From contig LSRY02000082.1 of assembly GCA_001643675.2 (NCBI GenBank), positions 1-46,400 on the forward strand: a stretch of DNA of 46,400 nt, given 5' to 3'. Source of the stretch: Monocercomonoides exilis PA203 (lineage: Eukaryota > Protista > Preaxostyla). This document shows positions 30,801-41,214 of this stretch, piece after piece (positions within the stretch are counted from its first letter, which is position 1; each line of letters starts with the position of its first letter). The position numbers were made by a program, and so were the translations under genes. The notes below the pieces were generated by a model that had not been told where the DNA came from, made no database searches, and saw only the letters and a list, made by a program, of their open reading frames with translations.

Positions 30801-33800
30801 CCTCGGATCGTCGAATTCTGAGCAAAATCGATAGATTTTGCCTGCCAACACAAAAAATAAAAATTTAAAAAAATTGCATAAAAATAACTTACAAACCGAA
30901 TTGAATGCGAGTTGCTGCGCAACGTGTAACAATTGGCGACACACACATATCGCTCGCCTCCACCCCAAATGCTCACCCCTTTTCTGATAAAGAAGGAAAA
31001 ATGACTGAAAAAGGGGGTCATTCAGATAGACTGAAAAATGAAAATATTTTTTTAAAAAAGAAAGAATGACCAGACAACAAAAAGAATGTGTGTTTGGGAG
31101 GTGTTATGACAAAAGTTAAAAAAGAAAAATAAAAACAAATTGCACCTTTCAAAACCTCGGATCGTCAATTCTGAGCAAAATCGATAGATTTTGCCTGCCA
31201 ACACAAAAAAAAATAAAAATTTAAAAAATTGCATAAAAATAACTTACAAACCGAATTGAATGCGAGTTGCTGCGCAACGTGTAACAATTGGCGACACACA
31301 CATATCGCTCGCCTCCACCCCAAATGCTCACCCCTTTTCTGATAAAGAAGGAAAAATGACTGAAAAAGGGGGTCATTCAGATAGACTGAAAAAATGAAAA
31401 TATTTTTTTAAAAAGAAAGAATGACCAGACAACAAAAAGAATGTGTGTTTGGGAGGTGTTATGACAAAAGTTAAAAAAGAAAAATAAAAACAAATTGCAC
31501 CTTTCAAAACCTCGGATCGTCAATTCTGAGCAAAATCGATAGATTTTGCCTGCCAACACAAAAAATAAAAATTTAAAAAATTGCATAAAAATAACTTACA
31601 AACCGAATTGAATGCGAGTTGCTGCGCAACGTGTAACAATTGGCGACACACACATATCGCTCGCCTCCACCCCAAATGCTCACCCCTTTTCTGATAAAGA
31701 AGGAAAAATGACTGAAAAAGGGGGTCATTCAGATAGACTGAAAAAATGAAAATATTTTTTTAAAAAGAAAGAATGACCAGACAACAAAAAGAATGTGTGT
31801 TTGGGAGGTGTTATGACAAAAGTTAAAAAAGAAAAATAAAAACAAATTGCACCTTTCAAAACCTCGGATCGTCAATTCTGAGCAAAATCGATAGATTTTG
31901 CCTGCCAACACAAAAAATAAAAATTTAAAAAATTGCATAAAAATAACTTACAAACCGAATTGAATGCGAGTTGCTGCGCAACGTGTAACAATTGGCGACA
32001 CACACATATCGCTCGCCTCCACCCCAAATGCTCACCCCTTTTCTGATAAAGAAGGAAAAATGACTGAAAAAGGGGGTCATTCAGATAGACTGAAAAATGA
32101 AAATATTTTTTTTTAAAAAAAGAAAGAATGACCAGACAACAAAAAGAATGTGTGTTTGGGAGGTGTTATGACAAAAGTTAAAAAAGAAAAATAAAAACAA
32201 ATTGCACCTTTCAAAACCTCGGATCGTCAATTCTGAGCAAAATCGATAGATTTTGCCTGCCAACACAAAAAATAAAAATTTAAAAAATTGCATAAAAATA
32301 ACTTACAAACCGAATTGAATGCGAGTTGCTGCGCAACGTGTAACAATTGGCGACACACACATATCGCTCGCCTCCACCCCAAATGCTCACCCCTTTTCTG
32401 ATAAAGAAGGAAAAATGACTGAAAAAGGGGGTCATTCAGATAGACTGAAAAAATGAAAATATTTTTTTAAAAAAGAAAGAATGACCAGACAACAAAAAGA
32501 ATGTGTGTTTGGGAGGTGTTATGACAAAAGTTAAAAAAGAAAAATAAAAACAAATTGCACCTTTCAAAACCTCGGATCGTCAATTCTGAGCAAAATCGAT
32601 AGATTTTGCCTGCCAACACAAAAAATAAAAATTTAAAAAATTGCATAAAAATAACTTACAAACCGAATTGAATGCGAGTTGCTGCGCAACGTGTAACAAT
32701 TGGCGACACACACATATCGCTCGCCTCCACCCCAAATGCTCACCCCTTTTCTGATAAAGAAGGAAAAATGACTGAAAAAGGGGGTCATTCAGATAGACTG
32801 AAAAAATGAAAATATTTTTTTAAAAAAGAAAGAATGACCAGACAACAAAAAGAATGTGTGTTTGGGAGGTGTTATGACAAAAGTTAAAAAAGAAAAATAA
32901 AAACAAATTGCACCTTTCAAAACCTCGGATCGTCAATTCTGAGCAAAATCGATAGATTTTGCCTGCCAACACAAAAAATAAAAATTTAAAAAATTGCATA
33001 AAAATAACTTACAAACCGAATTGAATGCGAATTGCTGCGCAACGTGTAACAATTGGCGACACACACATATCGCTCGCCTCCACCCCAAATGCTCACCCCT
33101 TTTCTGATAAAGAAGGAAAAAATGACTGAAAAAGGGGGTCATTCAGATAGACTGAAAAATGAAAATATTTTTTTAAAAAAGAAAGAATGACCAGACAACA
33201 AAAAGAATGTGTGTTTGGGAGGTGTTATGACAAAAGTTAAAAAAGAAAAATAAAAACAAATTGCACCTTTCAAAACCTCGGATCGTCAATTCTGAGCAAA
33301 ATCGATAGATTTTGCCTGCCAACACAAAAAATAAAAATTTAAAAAAATTGCATAAAAATAACTTACAAACCGAATTGAATGCGAGTTGCTGCGCAACGTG
33401 TAACAATTGGCGACACACACATATCGCTCGCCTCCACCCCAAATGCTCACCCCTTTTCTGATAAAGAAGGAAAAATGACTGAAAAAGGGGGTCATTCAGA
33501 TAGACTGAAAAATGAAAATATTTTTTTAAAAAAGAAAGAATGACCAGACAACAAAAAGAATGTGTGTTTGGGAGGTGTTATGACAAAAGTTAAAAAAGAA
33601 AAATAAAAACAAATTGCACCTTTCAAAACCTCGGATCGTCGAATTCTGAGCAAAATCGATAGATTTTGCCTGCCAACACAAAAAATAAAAATTTAAAAAA
33701 TTGCATAAAAATAACTTACAAACCGAATTGAATGCGAGTTGCTGCGCAACGTGTAACAATTGGCGACACACACATATCGCTCGCCTCCACCCCAAATGCT

Positions 33801-34173
33801 CACCCCTTTTCTGATAAAGAAGGAAAAAATGACTGAAAAAGGGGGTCATTCAGATAGACTGAAAAATGAAAATATTTTTTTAAAAAAGAAAGAATGACCA
33901 GACAACAAAAAGAATGTGTGTTTGGGAGGTGTTATGACAAAAGTTAAAAAAGAAAAATAAAAACAAATTGCACCTTTCAAAACCTCGGATCGTTAATTCT
34001 GAGCAAAATCGATAGATTTTGCCTGCCAACACAAAAAATAAAAATTTAAAAAATTGCATAAAAATAACTTACAAACCGAATTGAATGCGAATTGCTGCGC
34101 AACGTGTAACAATTGGCGACACACACATATCGCTCGCCTCCACCCCAAATACTCACCCCTTTTTTCTGATAAA
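3871..34173. repeat. Subtelomeric tandem satellite, ~352-357-bp unit, ~85-86 copies
   Basis: The marker cctcggatcg recurs from 3901 to ~33983 at ~354-bp spacing. Copies differ almost only in homopolymer length, plus a gtcaatt/gttaatt dimorphism. Confidence 0.99.
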
Positions 34174-34208
34174 AAACGCGAAAGCATTTCGCGTTTTTTA
34201 TCAGAAAA
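34162..34208. repeat. Perfect inverted repeat (22-bp arms, 3-nt GCA loop) terminating the satellite array
   Basis: ttttctgataaaaaacgcgaaa-gca-tttcgcgttttttatcagaaaa. Imperfect symmetry continues outward to about 34140 and 34231. Confidence 0.95.
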
Positions 34209-35229
34209 GACGTTCGCATTTTGGATGTCGGACTCGCGCAGAGCGTAAAATGAAGTTTCTTATCGTGATCTTTGTTAATATTTGATTACAGCTGTTTAAT
34301 CATTTTCAATGATCTTTTGTATTATATTTGTATGCTTTCTAAATGATCAAAAAATTTATTTTTCACATATTGAAATTTCAATCTATTAATAAATGAAATT
34401 ATTTTTTTAAGTATATCTCACAGTTAAGTGCTAAATATCAATGTCAAATTTTCATAAATATCTACTTATTGAAATATTTACACATTTTTATTTTTCTAAA
34501 TTGTTCATATTTGTGGAAATTTTATTTGTTATACAATAATTCACTTATTTATTTTGTTTGAGTTTACGCAAAAATTTTTTTTATTCCAATCTGGTTAATT
34601 ACGAAGTGTCTTTTTCAACAACTTTCATTCATTTTCAATACATAAATCAACGAAAAATGTCACCTAATAATGATGTGAAGTCAGATAGAAAAAAAAATTT
34701 AACGATTAAAAATTGAATTTTTAACATAGAAAAATGGTTATGATCTAGATCAAACATTTTTTTTAAAAAATTTATATTTAATAAAGAAGAAGGAATTAGT
34801 GGTTGATGAAAAGTTACGTATATGGGTAATAATATGAGAGGAATTGATTGATATTAAAATCAGAAATTAATTGATTCAAATTGTGGAATGATATGTTAAA
34901 TAAAATTTTTTCTGTCAAAATTTTCATAATTATTTTTAAAATATCTCGATAAATAAATTTTTCTAAGCCGTGAGACTTTACCAGAGTGTTAGTTGGACTA
35001 TTTGTGAATTTTTGAAGTCAGGGTCAAAAATTCGAAAAATGAGAAATTTTCATTTTTTCTGATTAAGTTGAATTTAGCTCAAGTTATTCATAAAAATAGA
35101 AAAATTGGTGAAAATCGGTTTTTATGAAAGTTGTGATCGAAACTTATGAAAACACAAAAAGTTCGGATAATTCGCGAATAGTCCGCTGAATTTTTTTTTC
35201 GGGCCAGATTGGTCTGGTTAGAGAGAAAA

Positions 35230-36080
35230 TGTCATAAGAATATTTTAACTGAAAAAGTGGTGATCTTAGATCAAGGACCGAAAAATATGGGGTCTCAGAT
35301 TCCTTTGATAATTGGCAGGTGGCAAGGACGTGGGCCCCTTATAAACATACTCGAATCTAAATTTTTTCTGTCGAGCGGTTGTGGCAGGGCAGTGCGGACA
35401 AGTTGGCCATTTTGACTGAAAAAATGAAAAAAATATTTTTTTTCTCGAAAATTTCAAAGTCGATATAAAATACGATTAAGCACATGAATACGACTTCTAA
35501 TGTTGTATATTGACGATTTTTTGTTGGATACACTTATTTGTAGTTTTTGAGTTTTAATCGAATTTTTGAGTGAAAATGTTCATTTTTGAGGTAAATCGAG
35601 TATAACTCCAGAAGTAACAGCCAGATAAATTTGAAATTAATATATGATATATGTGCATATAGTGCGGTAAGAGCATGCATATGGGTGTTGGTGGTGGGGG
35701 TCTGGCAGGCGGTGCAGAAAAGAAATATATTTTTCATAGTGACTGGGGGTGCTTGGTTAGTGAGGTCACAGAGAGTGAACCAGGGGCAAGTGGCTGAATC
35801 GAAACACATATGACCGGCACAGTAACCCATGCCCGGATGTGGCCAAACGGCGTTTCGATCGGCCCAGTGGTTGCTGAGAAATCCGATCGGCTAGTTGTTT
35901 TGAGTTCGGTTCTGATTTTTCACATAGAAAAATGACTTGGGGGTATTGACTTGGTGATGCTGTGGAGTGTGAGAGGAGGGCAAGTGATCGGAGTTAGAGG
36001 GATATGTTGGGGAATGTTAGTGGAGGTAGGATGTGGTGCAATTACTAAGAGATTGGGTCAGCGGATATTCCTCCACACAT
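35230..36080. repeat. G/T-rich, relatively GC-rich non-coding block with diverged internal repeats and satellite-related motifs
   Basis: gactgaaaaaatgaaaaaaatatttttt (~35414) and actgaaaaagtggtga (~35248) match satellite motifs. catag..tgact(t)gggggt...aggggcaagtg occurs at ~35735-35792 and ~35923-35985. gatcggc..agt.gtt..tgag occurs twice (~35857, ~35885). Confidence 0.55.
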
Positions 36081-36259
36081 CAATCAGTATAATTACTATT
36101 TGAAAATTGAATTTTTTCTTTTATAATTTTTTTGAAAAATTTATTGCAATGTTAAACCTGCCATTCAACTTTTTATTGCATTGCTTATCATATTATTAAA
36201 CAAACTTTATTACTGCAACATAAAAATCCACTTTCGATAAATTGCAAATAAATAATATT

Positions 36260-38390
36260 GATCAAATCAAATTTTCATGTTTTAAAGATCCTATTTTGGA
36301 ACATGTTGTAAATCAGTAATCTTCTTCGTCAAACAAAGTAAAATCATCGTGCAACTTTTCTTCAGCAACTTTTTAACACGTAAATCTTCTATTTAACAGC
36401 TTATAACTTTTGGACTTGCATCTTTTTCCATATATTTCAGTAATCAAATAATTTGTGAATGATGCAAAAAATGTTGATTGCATACTCAATGTGCACTATT
36501 TCCGGCTGCGCAAATAAACATTCTTCTATGACAAAAGCATTTCTTCTGACATTCTTCCATCTTTGCAAAGAAATTCGTCAAAAATAGTTTAAGATTATCT
36601 GCTCATTCAAACCATGAATTATGATTCAAATTGAGATCGCTTTCGAAATAAGCATATACAGTTAACTTTCTTCAATTGTATTACCAGTTTGTAATATTTC
36701 ATCTTTCTTTTTGTACATTATCTTTCTAATCATATAAATTACTATTATTTCCAGAGATTATCTTATATCAAAACATGAAACATTTTTAAATCATTTCTTT
36801 TCATTTTTATCTTGCTAATTCAATCTCATGAAAAGAAAAATTTTTCTTTTGTTGAGTACAAACAGTTTCAATAATTTAATTCATTGAAATTGTTTGAAAG
36901 CAGATAATATTCCAGTAACATATAAGCTATAAATAATAATTCATGATAATTTGCAAGCATATTCACATATTTTACGCTCAATAAGATTGGCATTGACTTT
37001 CAATTGAATTGTATCACTTTTATTTTGAATTCAATTACCAAGTTTCCGCTTCATTTGATAATCTTTAGTTTTCATTCATATTTAATGAAGAACAATATCT
37101 TTATTTCCATCATTAGAAACTTTCGCAAGTTATTCAATTTCGTTGAGAAAGTTATAAAACTTCATTTTTGTTTGCCAAACTCTTTATTTTTAGTTTTTAT
37201 TTGTTTTAATATTTCGTTTCAAAAATGCTCAATAAGAAACATAACAATTATGAACTTTCACCGTTAAAACAATCGTAAATTGTTAACCTTCTGAATTTCA
37301 TTTTCAGATGATGTTTTCACAGAATTTTAAAAAACAAATGAACGAAAATCTCATTCCAATAATGAATCAAAATATTTCTGTATGCATCTTATTAAATTGG
37401 AGATATTAATGAACATTCTTTTCAAAAATTTATTTGAAAAAAGTGAAATTTCCTTTCATCCGATCATGTTTTCCATTGTCAATTTATGAAAATGTCAAAA
37501 ACCTTGCTCCTTCTTTACTAAATCTAACAAACACTGCAGTAATCTAGACTAAATGCATAACAAATAGTTGCAAAAGCTGATTAGTGTGCTTCTGTAAATT
37601 TACTCTGCTTTTAATCCAACAAATTTTTCCTCAACGAAAATCAATACTTGGCAAAAATGGAAAAGTTTTCATTGAAAATATCATTTCTGGATGCATGGCA
37701 AAGATCATTCCCAAGTATTCCCTTCAAGCGTGTTTGTTGTTTCACCGAAGTTGAACTTCTTCTTCATGTAATTATCCATATTTCTTCTTTGACACGAACG
37801 TTCATAATCTTACTGATAATGACAAAGATCTAAATGAATTTGTATCAAACTTTATATTATGTGTTCATGCTTTTTTGCTTATTTTCTTTGTTCAACTTTT
37901 CTCAGCGATGGATTTACAAAACTTCAATCTTCATCTAGTTTTGTATATTGCTTCCGCATTCAACGAAAAACTGAAACACTTCACCTTTCGATTTCAATTG
38001 TCATATCGCTTTTTTTCTTTTTGCAATAAATTTCTTTGCAATTAACATTTCTCTTTCAAAACAATAAAATTATTAAACAAACCTTTCTAAATAGTCCACC
38101 TTTGTTAATAGATAATTCCTTTCGAAAAACTTTGTAAATAACACTAATTTATTTTGTTCTTTCCAGAATTGAACGATTCCATCGAATTCCTTTTATTTGA
38201 CAAGAAGCATTCAATTATTCTCTTTTTGTTCATTCTTGACTGAACAAAATGATTGAATTTTCAATATTCATCTGTGACGTATTTCATTTCTAAAATATAC
38301 TTTGATTTTCTGTTCATTTTTAACAGAACCTTTCTCGAACAGTCAAGTTTTCCATTTCTTGCTTTTGAAAGTGTATGTAATATTTTCATT
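36260..38390 (-). pseudogene. Probable decayed protein-coding region, product unidentified
   Basis: The minus strand is purine-rich and gives protein-like stretches broken by scattered stops, e.g. VEEKFVGLKAE*IYRSTLISFCNYLLCI*SRLLQCLLDLVKKEQGF* and KVAEEKLHDDFTLFDEEDY*. No family recognised; boundaries approximate. Confidence 0.35.
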
Positions 38391-38471
38391 GACAATATTT
38401 GATGTGAATGATAAAAATATTTAAAATGGAGCAAGCCTGTCAGCAGATTAATTTCAATAAAGGCAAAAAAT

Positions 38472-41214
38472 TCAATTTCCAGAACGTCTTTTCAATTTCT
38501 TCTCTTTGCAATTAACAACAGAAGAAGATGATGTTTTCTTTGACAACTCTTCAAGCGACTTCTTTTTCTTTGTGAACGAGTCCGATTTATTTCTGTAACT
38601 TGCACGGATTAACTCATCAGCAGCATTCAGATCTTCATCTTCGTCATCAACTATGCTTATCGTTAAATCATTGTTCATCTGCTCATTATCGCAACACACT
38701 TCTTCTTCGTTTCTATCATCTTCATCGTCTTCTCTGCTGTCTTCGCATTTGATTTCCTTCCATTCACTTGAATCCGAGCAACTTTCAGAATCATCAACAT
38801 CTTCGGATTCACTTGACTCATTTCTTTGTAAACTGCAGTCATTCGCATCATCCTTTATGACTTTTATTGCGTGAGTATTATTTTCCTTGGCATCGTTCTC
38901 ATCCTCGTCATCATGTATTATTTTCAAACAATGCAACACTTCGTCCCTGGAATATTCTGGGTGCCTTCGCCACTGCTTCTTTTGCAAGTTTCGCCAACGA
39001 TCTTTAAGATCCTGACCACTTCTTCCATCGAATTGAAGCGACATGTCGCACCATCTCATTTTTTGCTGCTTACACCTTCTGAGCAGCTCATCTTCTTCCT
39101 TTGTGAAGAATCTTCTTTTCTTTTGCTTCTTTTTCACCTTTATGGCATTGGAACTTGTGGAATTTTTGTTGTTCATAAGTAATCTATTTGGAAGTTGATA
39201 CGGGTTGTCTGATATAACTTCAACAGATGATGGTGAAGAAGAAGAACTTGAAGTTGCACTGCTGGAAGATTGTGTTGAAGATGATGATGTGCATTCTTGG
39301 TTTGATTGTTTTCCTTCTCCATCTGAGTTCGTGTTTGTGGATTCGCTCCCTTCAGTGTTTTCGCTTTGACCCTGTGACTCTTCATCGGATTGTTGAATTG
39401 AGAGATCATTTTCATTTGAAGATGATGTGCAGTTGGATGATGCTTCTTGAGGGAAACTGCCTTTTAAATCTAGACTGCGTCTCACAGGATAATCACTTAG
39501 ATTAACAAAATCATCAACCAAATTGTCAAGATTAGCTAATGATTTTGACAATTTACAAACCACGTCTTGTCGAATGATTTTCATTCTTATCGTGTGAAAG
39601 TCATTTTCCTTCAAAGCTCTAAAAAGAAGACTTTTCTTTTTGGTGAATGCACGCTTTGCTCTCAAGGAAAGGTTTTCGTTCTTGTCGATATAAGCTTTAG
39701 CACATTTCTTCCATTGGTTTCGAATTTCCCTTTCACCATCTTCCAAGTGCTTCATTGCATCATTGAAATGATCATTCACTGCATTTCTAAATGTCTGAAA
39801 TTGTTCTTTGATTGTTCTTTTTGGGTCTGACAACTTGATACTATGATATGCAGCGATAGAAGTTAGAGCCAGATCTATTACAGTATCTCCAGGCTTGGGA
39901 TTCACTAATCTGGAGCATACCGTTATTTTCTTGGAGGTATTTCTGACGTAAGTTAACTGAGCCCTGCCAAATGGGACCCAGTCAGCGACGTAAGCAGTGT
40001 GTTCAAGTATCCCTCTTAACTTTTCTTCATCTGTTCCGGCTACCATAATTGCAGTACAGATGAAGCCTGCCCTTAAGGAGTGAAAAGAAAAGAGTTTACA
40101 AGGGTACCCTGCTTGCTCTGATCTTTTTCTGAACCTTAAGGACATTGCTGCTGGGCTCATGTCCCACAGCTTTTTCGACAACACATTCTTCGGCCACTTT
40201 TGTCTCGTTTTCAAAGATAGATGGTGGTTAACCTGCAAATGACGCTCAAGCCAATAAACAGGATCTCTGACTTGTTCATGTAAGCTGGTATGAGCAAATC
40301 TTCCTTCGATCGTTACAGAGTGGTTAGAGTTTGGATGTCCCTTCAGCCTTCTCAATCTGATTTCAACCAAGATGCACTCAGCGTGTAAATCCGAAATTGT
40401 TACGTTTTTAACATCCTCTAAAAAACGTTTGCACATGTAATTGACCTAGCTCCGCAGTGAACAGCAAATAGAAAAAGAGAACAATCAAAATCAAAAACAT
40501 ATTACCAGAATTGCTTCTTTCAATGATAAGGGCTACATCGTCAAGCAGTGCCGCTTCTTTTCCTTCTCCTTCCCTTTTGTAGCATCCGCTTTTTCTGACA
40601 GAAGAAAAAGCAGATCGAATTGTTAATTTAAGCTCACTGGAAAAGTCGAATTCTTTCGTTTGTTGAAGATGTTGTGATTTTAAAGATGGAATGACAACAT
40701 TTTCAACACTTTTAATAGAATATAAACATTCAATGCAGAGAAATTGAATGAATGAAGAGATTGTTGATGATTGTATTGGAAAAGGTTGGCTTTTAAGCAA
40801 TTTCGCATATGGAACGTAAAGTTTTTCAGCCCATTTATATTTGCGATGGAGAGAAGGAGATAGAATTGTAACTTGTTGAGAATAACGTTGTAATGTAAGC
40901 GGTTTGCTTTTTTAAGGTTTTTGTAATTTTGTCTCCTTTTTGTTGCTATCCCGCATTCAGCAAAAAACTCATCCCAGTTTGAAGGCATTTCGAAATATGG
41001 TTTGTCCAATTCTTCAGCTTCTTTATCTTTTTCAAATATCCCAAAAAAATATAAATTAACAAAAATGAAATCAACAAGATAAATATGCAAACATAAATAT
41101 AAAAAAACCTTCAAAATGATTGCTTTCAACCTGTTTCAAGTTGTCTAACTTCTTGGTTCGAATATTAAACAGCAAATGTTTTGATCGAGGTTGTCGAAAA
41201 TTTAAATTTGACAT
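38472..41214 (-). CDS. Tyrosine recombinase (Cre/Crypton/DIRS-YR-like) fused to a C-terminal telobox-type Myb domain; frameshifted as assembled
   Basis: The 654-aa ORF contains RRLKG (K), FSFHSLRAGF (HxxR) and ADWVPFGRAQLTY (W..Y). Adding one base in each of three homopolymers (~40420-40425, ~40493-40497, ~40908-40913) joins upstream frames: ...RKYKWAEKLYVPYAKLLKSQPFPIQSSTISSFIQFL (core-binding-like)...SLFLFAVHCGARSITCANVFLEDVK (box I Arg). The 5' end is tentative: ATG at 41214, a 35-codon exon and a GT-AG intron at 41108-41027. Confidence 0.85.
38976..39116 (-). other. Single Myb/SANT repeat with telobox signature inside the recombinase ORF
   Basis: RRFFTKEEDELLRRCKQQKMRWCDMSLQFDGRSGQDLKDRWRNLQKK. 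Helix 3 DLKDRWRNL matches the TRF1/TRF2/plant TRB-TRFL consensus (V-D/M-LKD-K/R-WR-N/T). The domain is flanked by Ser-rich and acidic low-complexity linkers. Confidence 0.85.

Noticed and set aside
13500-33650. Shorter homopolymers beyond ~13.8 kb and sporadic gtcgaatt insertions as satellite subfamilies
   Set aside because: The pattern is more consistent with long-read basecalling or consensus error than with true subfamilies.
3871-34173. CRISPR-like or 5S/tRNA/SL-RNA tandem array
   Set aside because: There are no unique spacers, and I see no recognisable 5S, tRNA or spliced-leader motif in the monomer. An Rfam scan would be needed to exclude a divergent ncRNA.
4122-34285. Numerous 60-178 aa ORFs in the satellite
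   Set aside because: They are the same F/K-rich peptides repeated, with frames that change with homopolymer length. No domain is recognisable.
36260-38390. Alternative genetic code explaining the in-frame stops
   Set aside because: The adjacent 654-codon ORF uses many Gln/Trp codons with no TAA/TAG/TGA, so decay is the simpler explanation.
38653-39830. Antisense and alternate-frame ORFs overlapping the recombinase
   Set aside because: They are shadows of the low-complexity coding strand.
40447-40505. GT...AG intron candidate (gtaatatg...gagctag) inside the recombinase
   Set aside because: Splicing it would delete the SLFLFAVHCGAR box I with the catalytic Arg. Homopolymer frameshifts explain the frames better.
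38472-41214. DIRS/Ngaro retrotransposon or bona fide protelomerase assignment
   Set aside because: No RT/RNase H/gag is visible in the window. The HxxR...W...Y pattern is Cre/Crypton-like, and I cannot show specific similarity to TelN/ResT.
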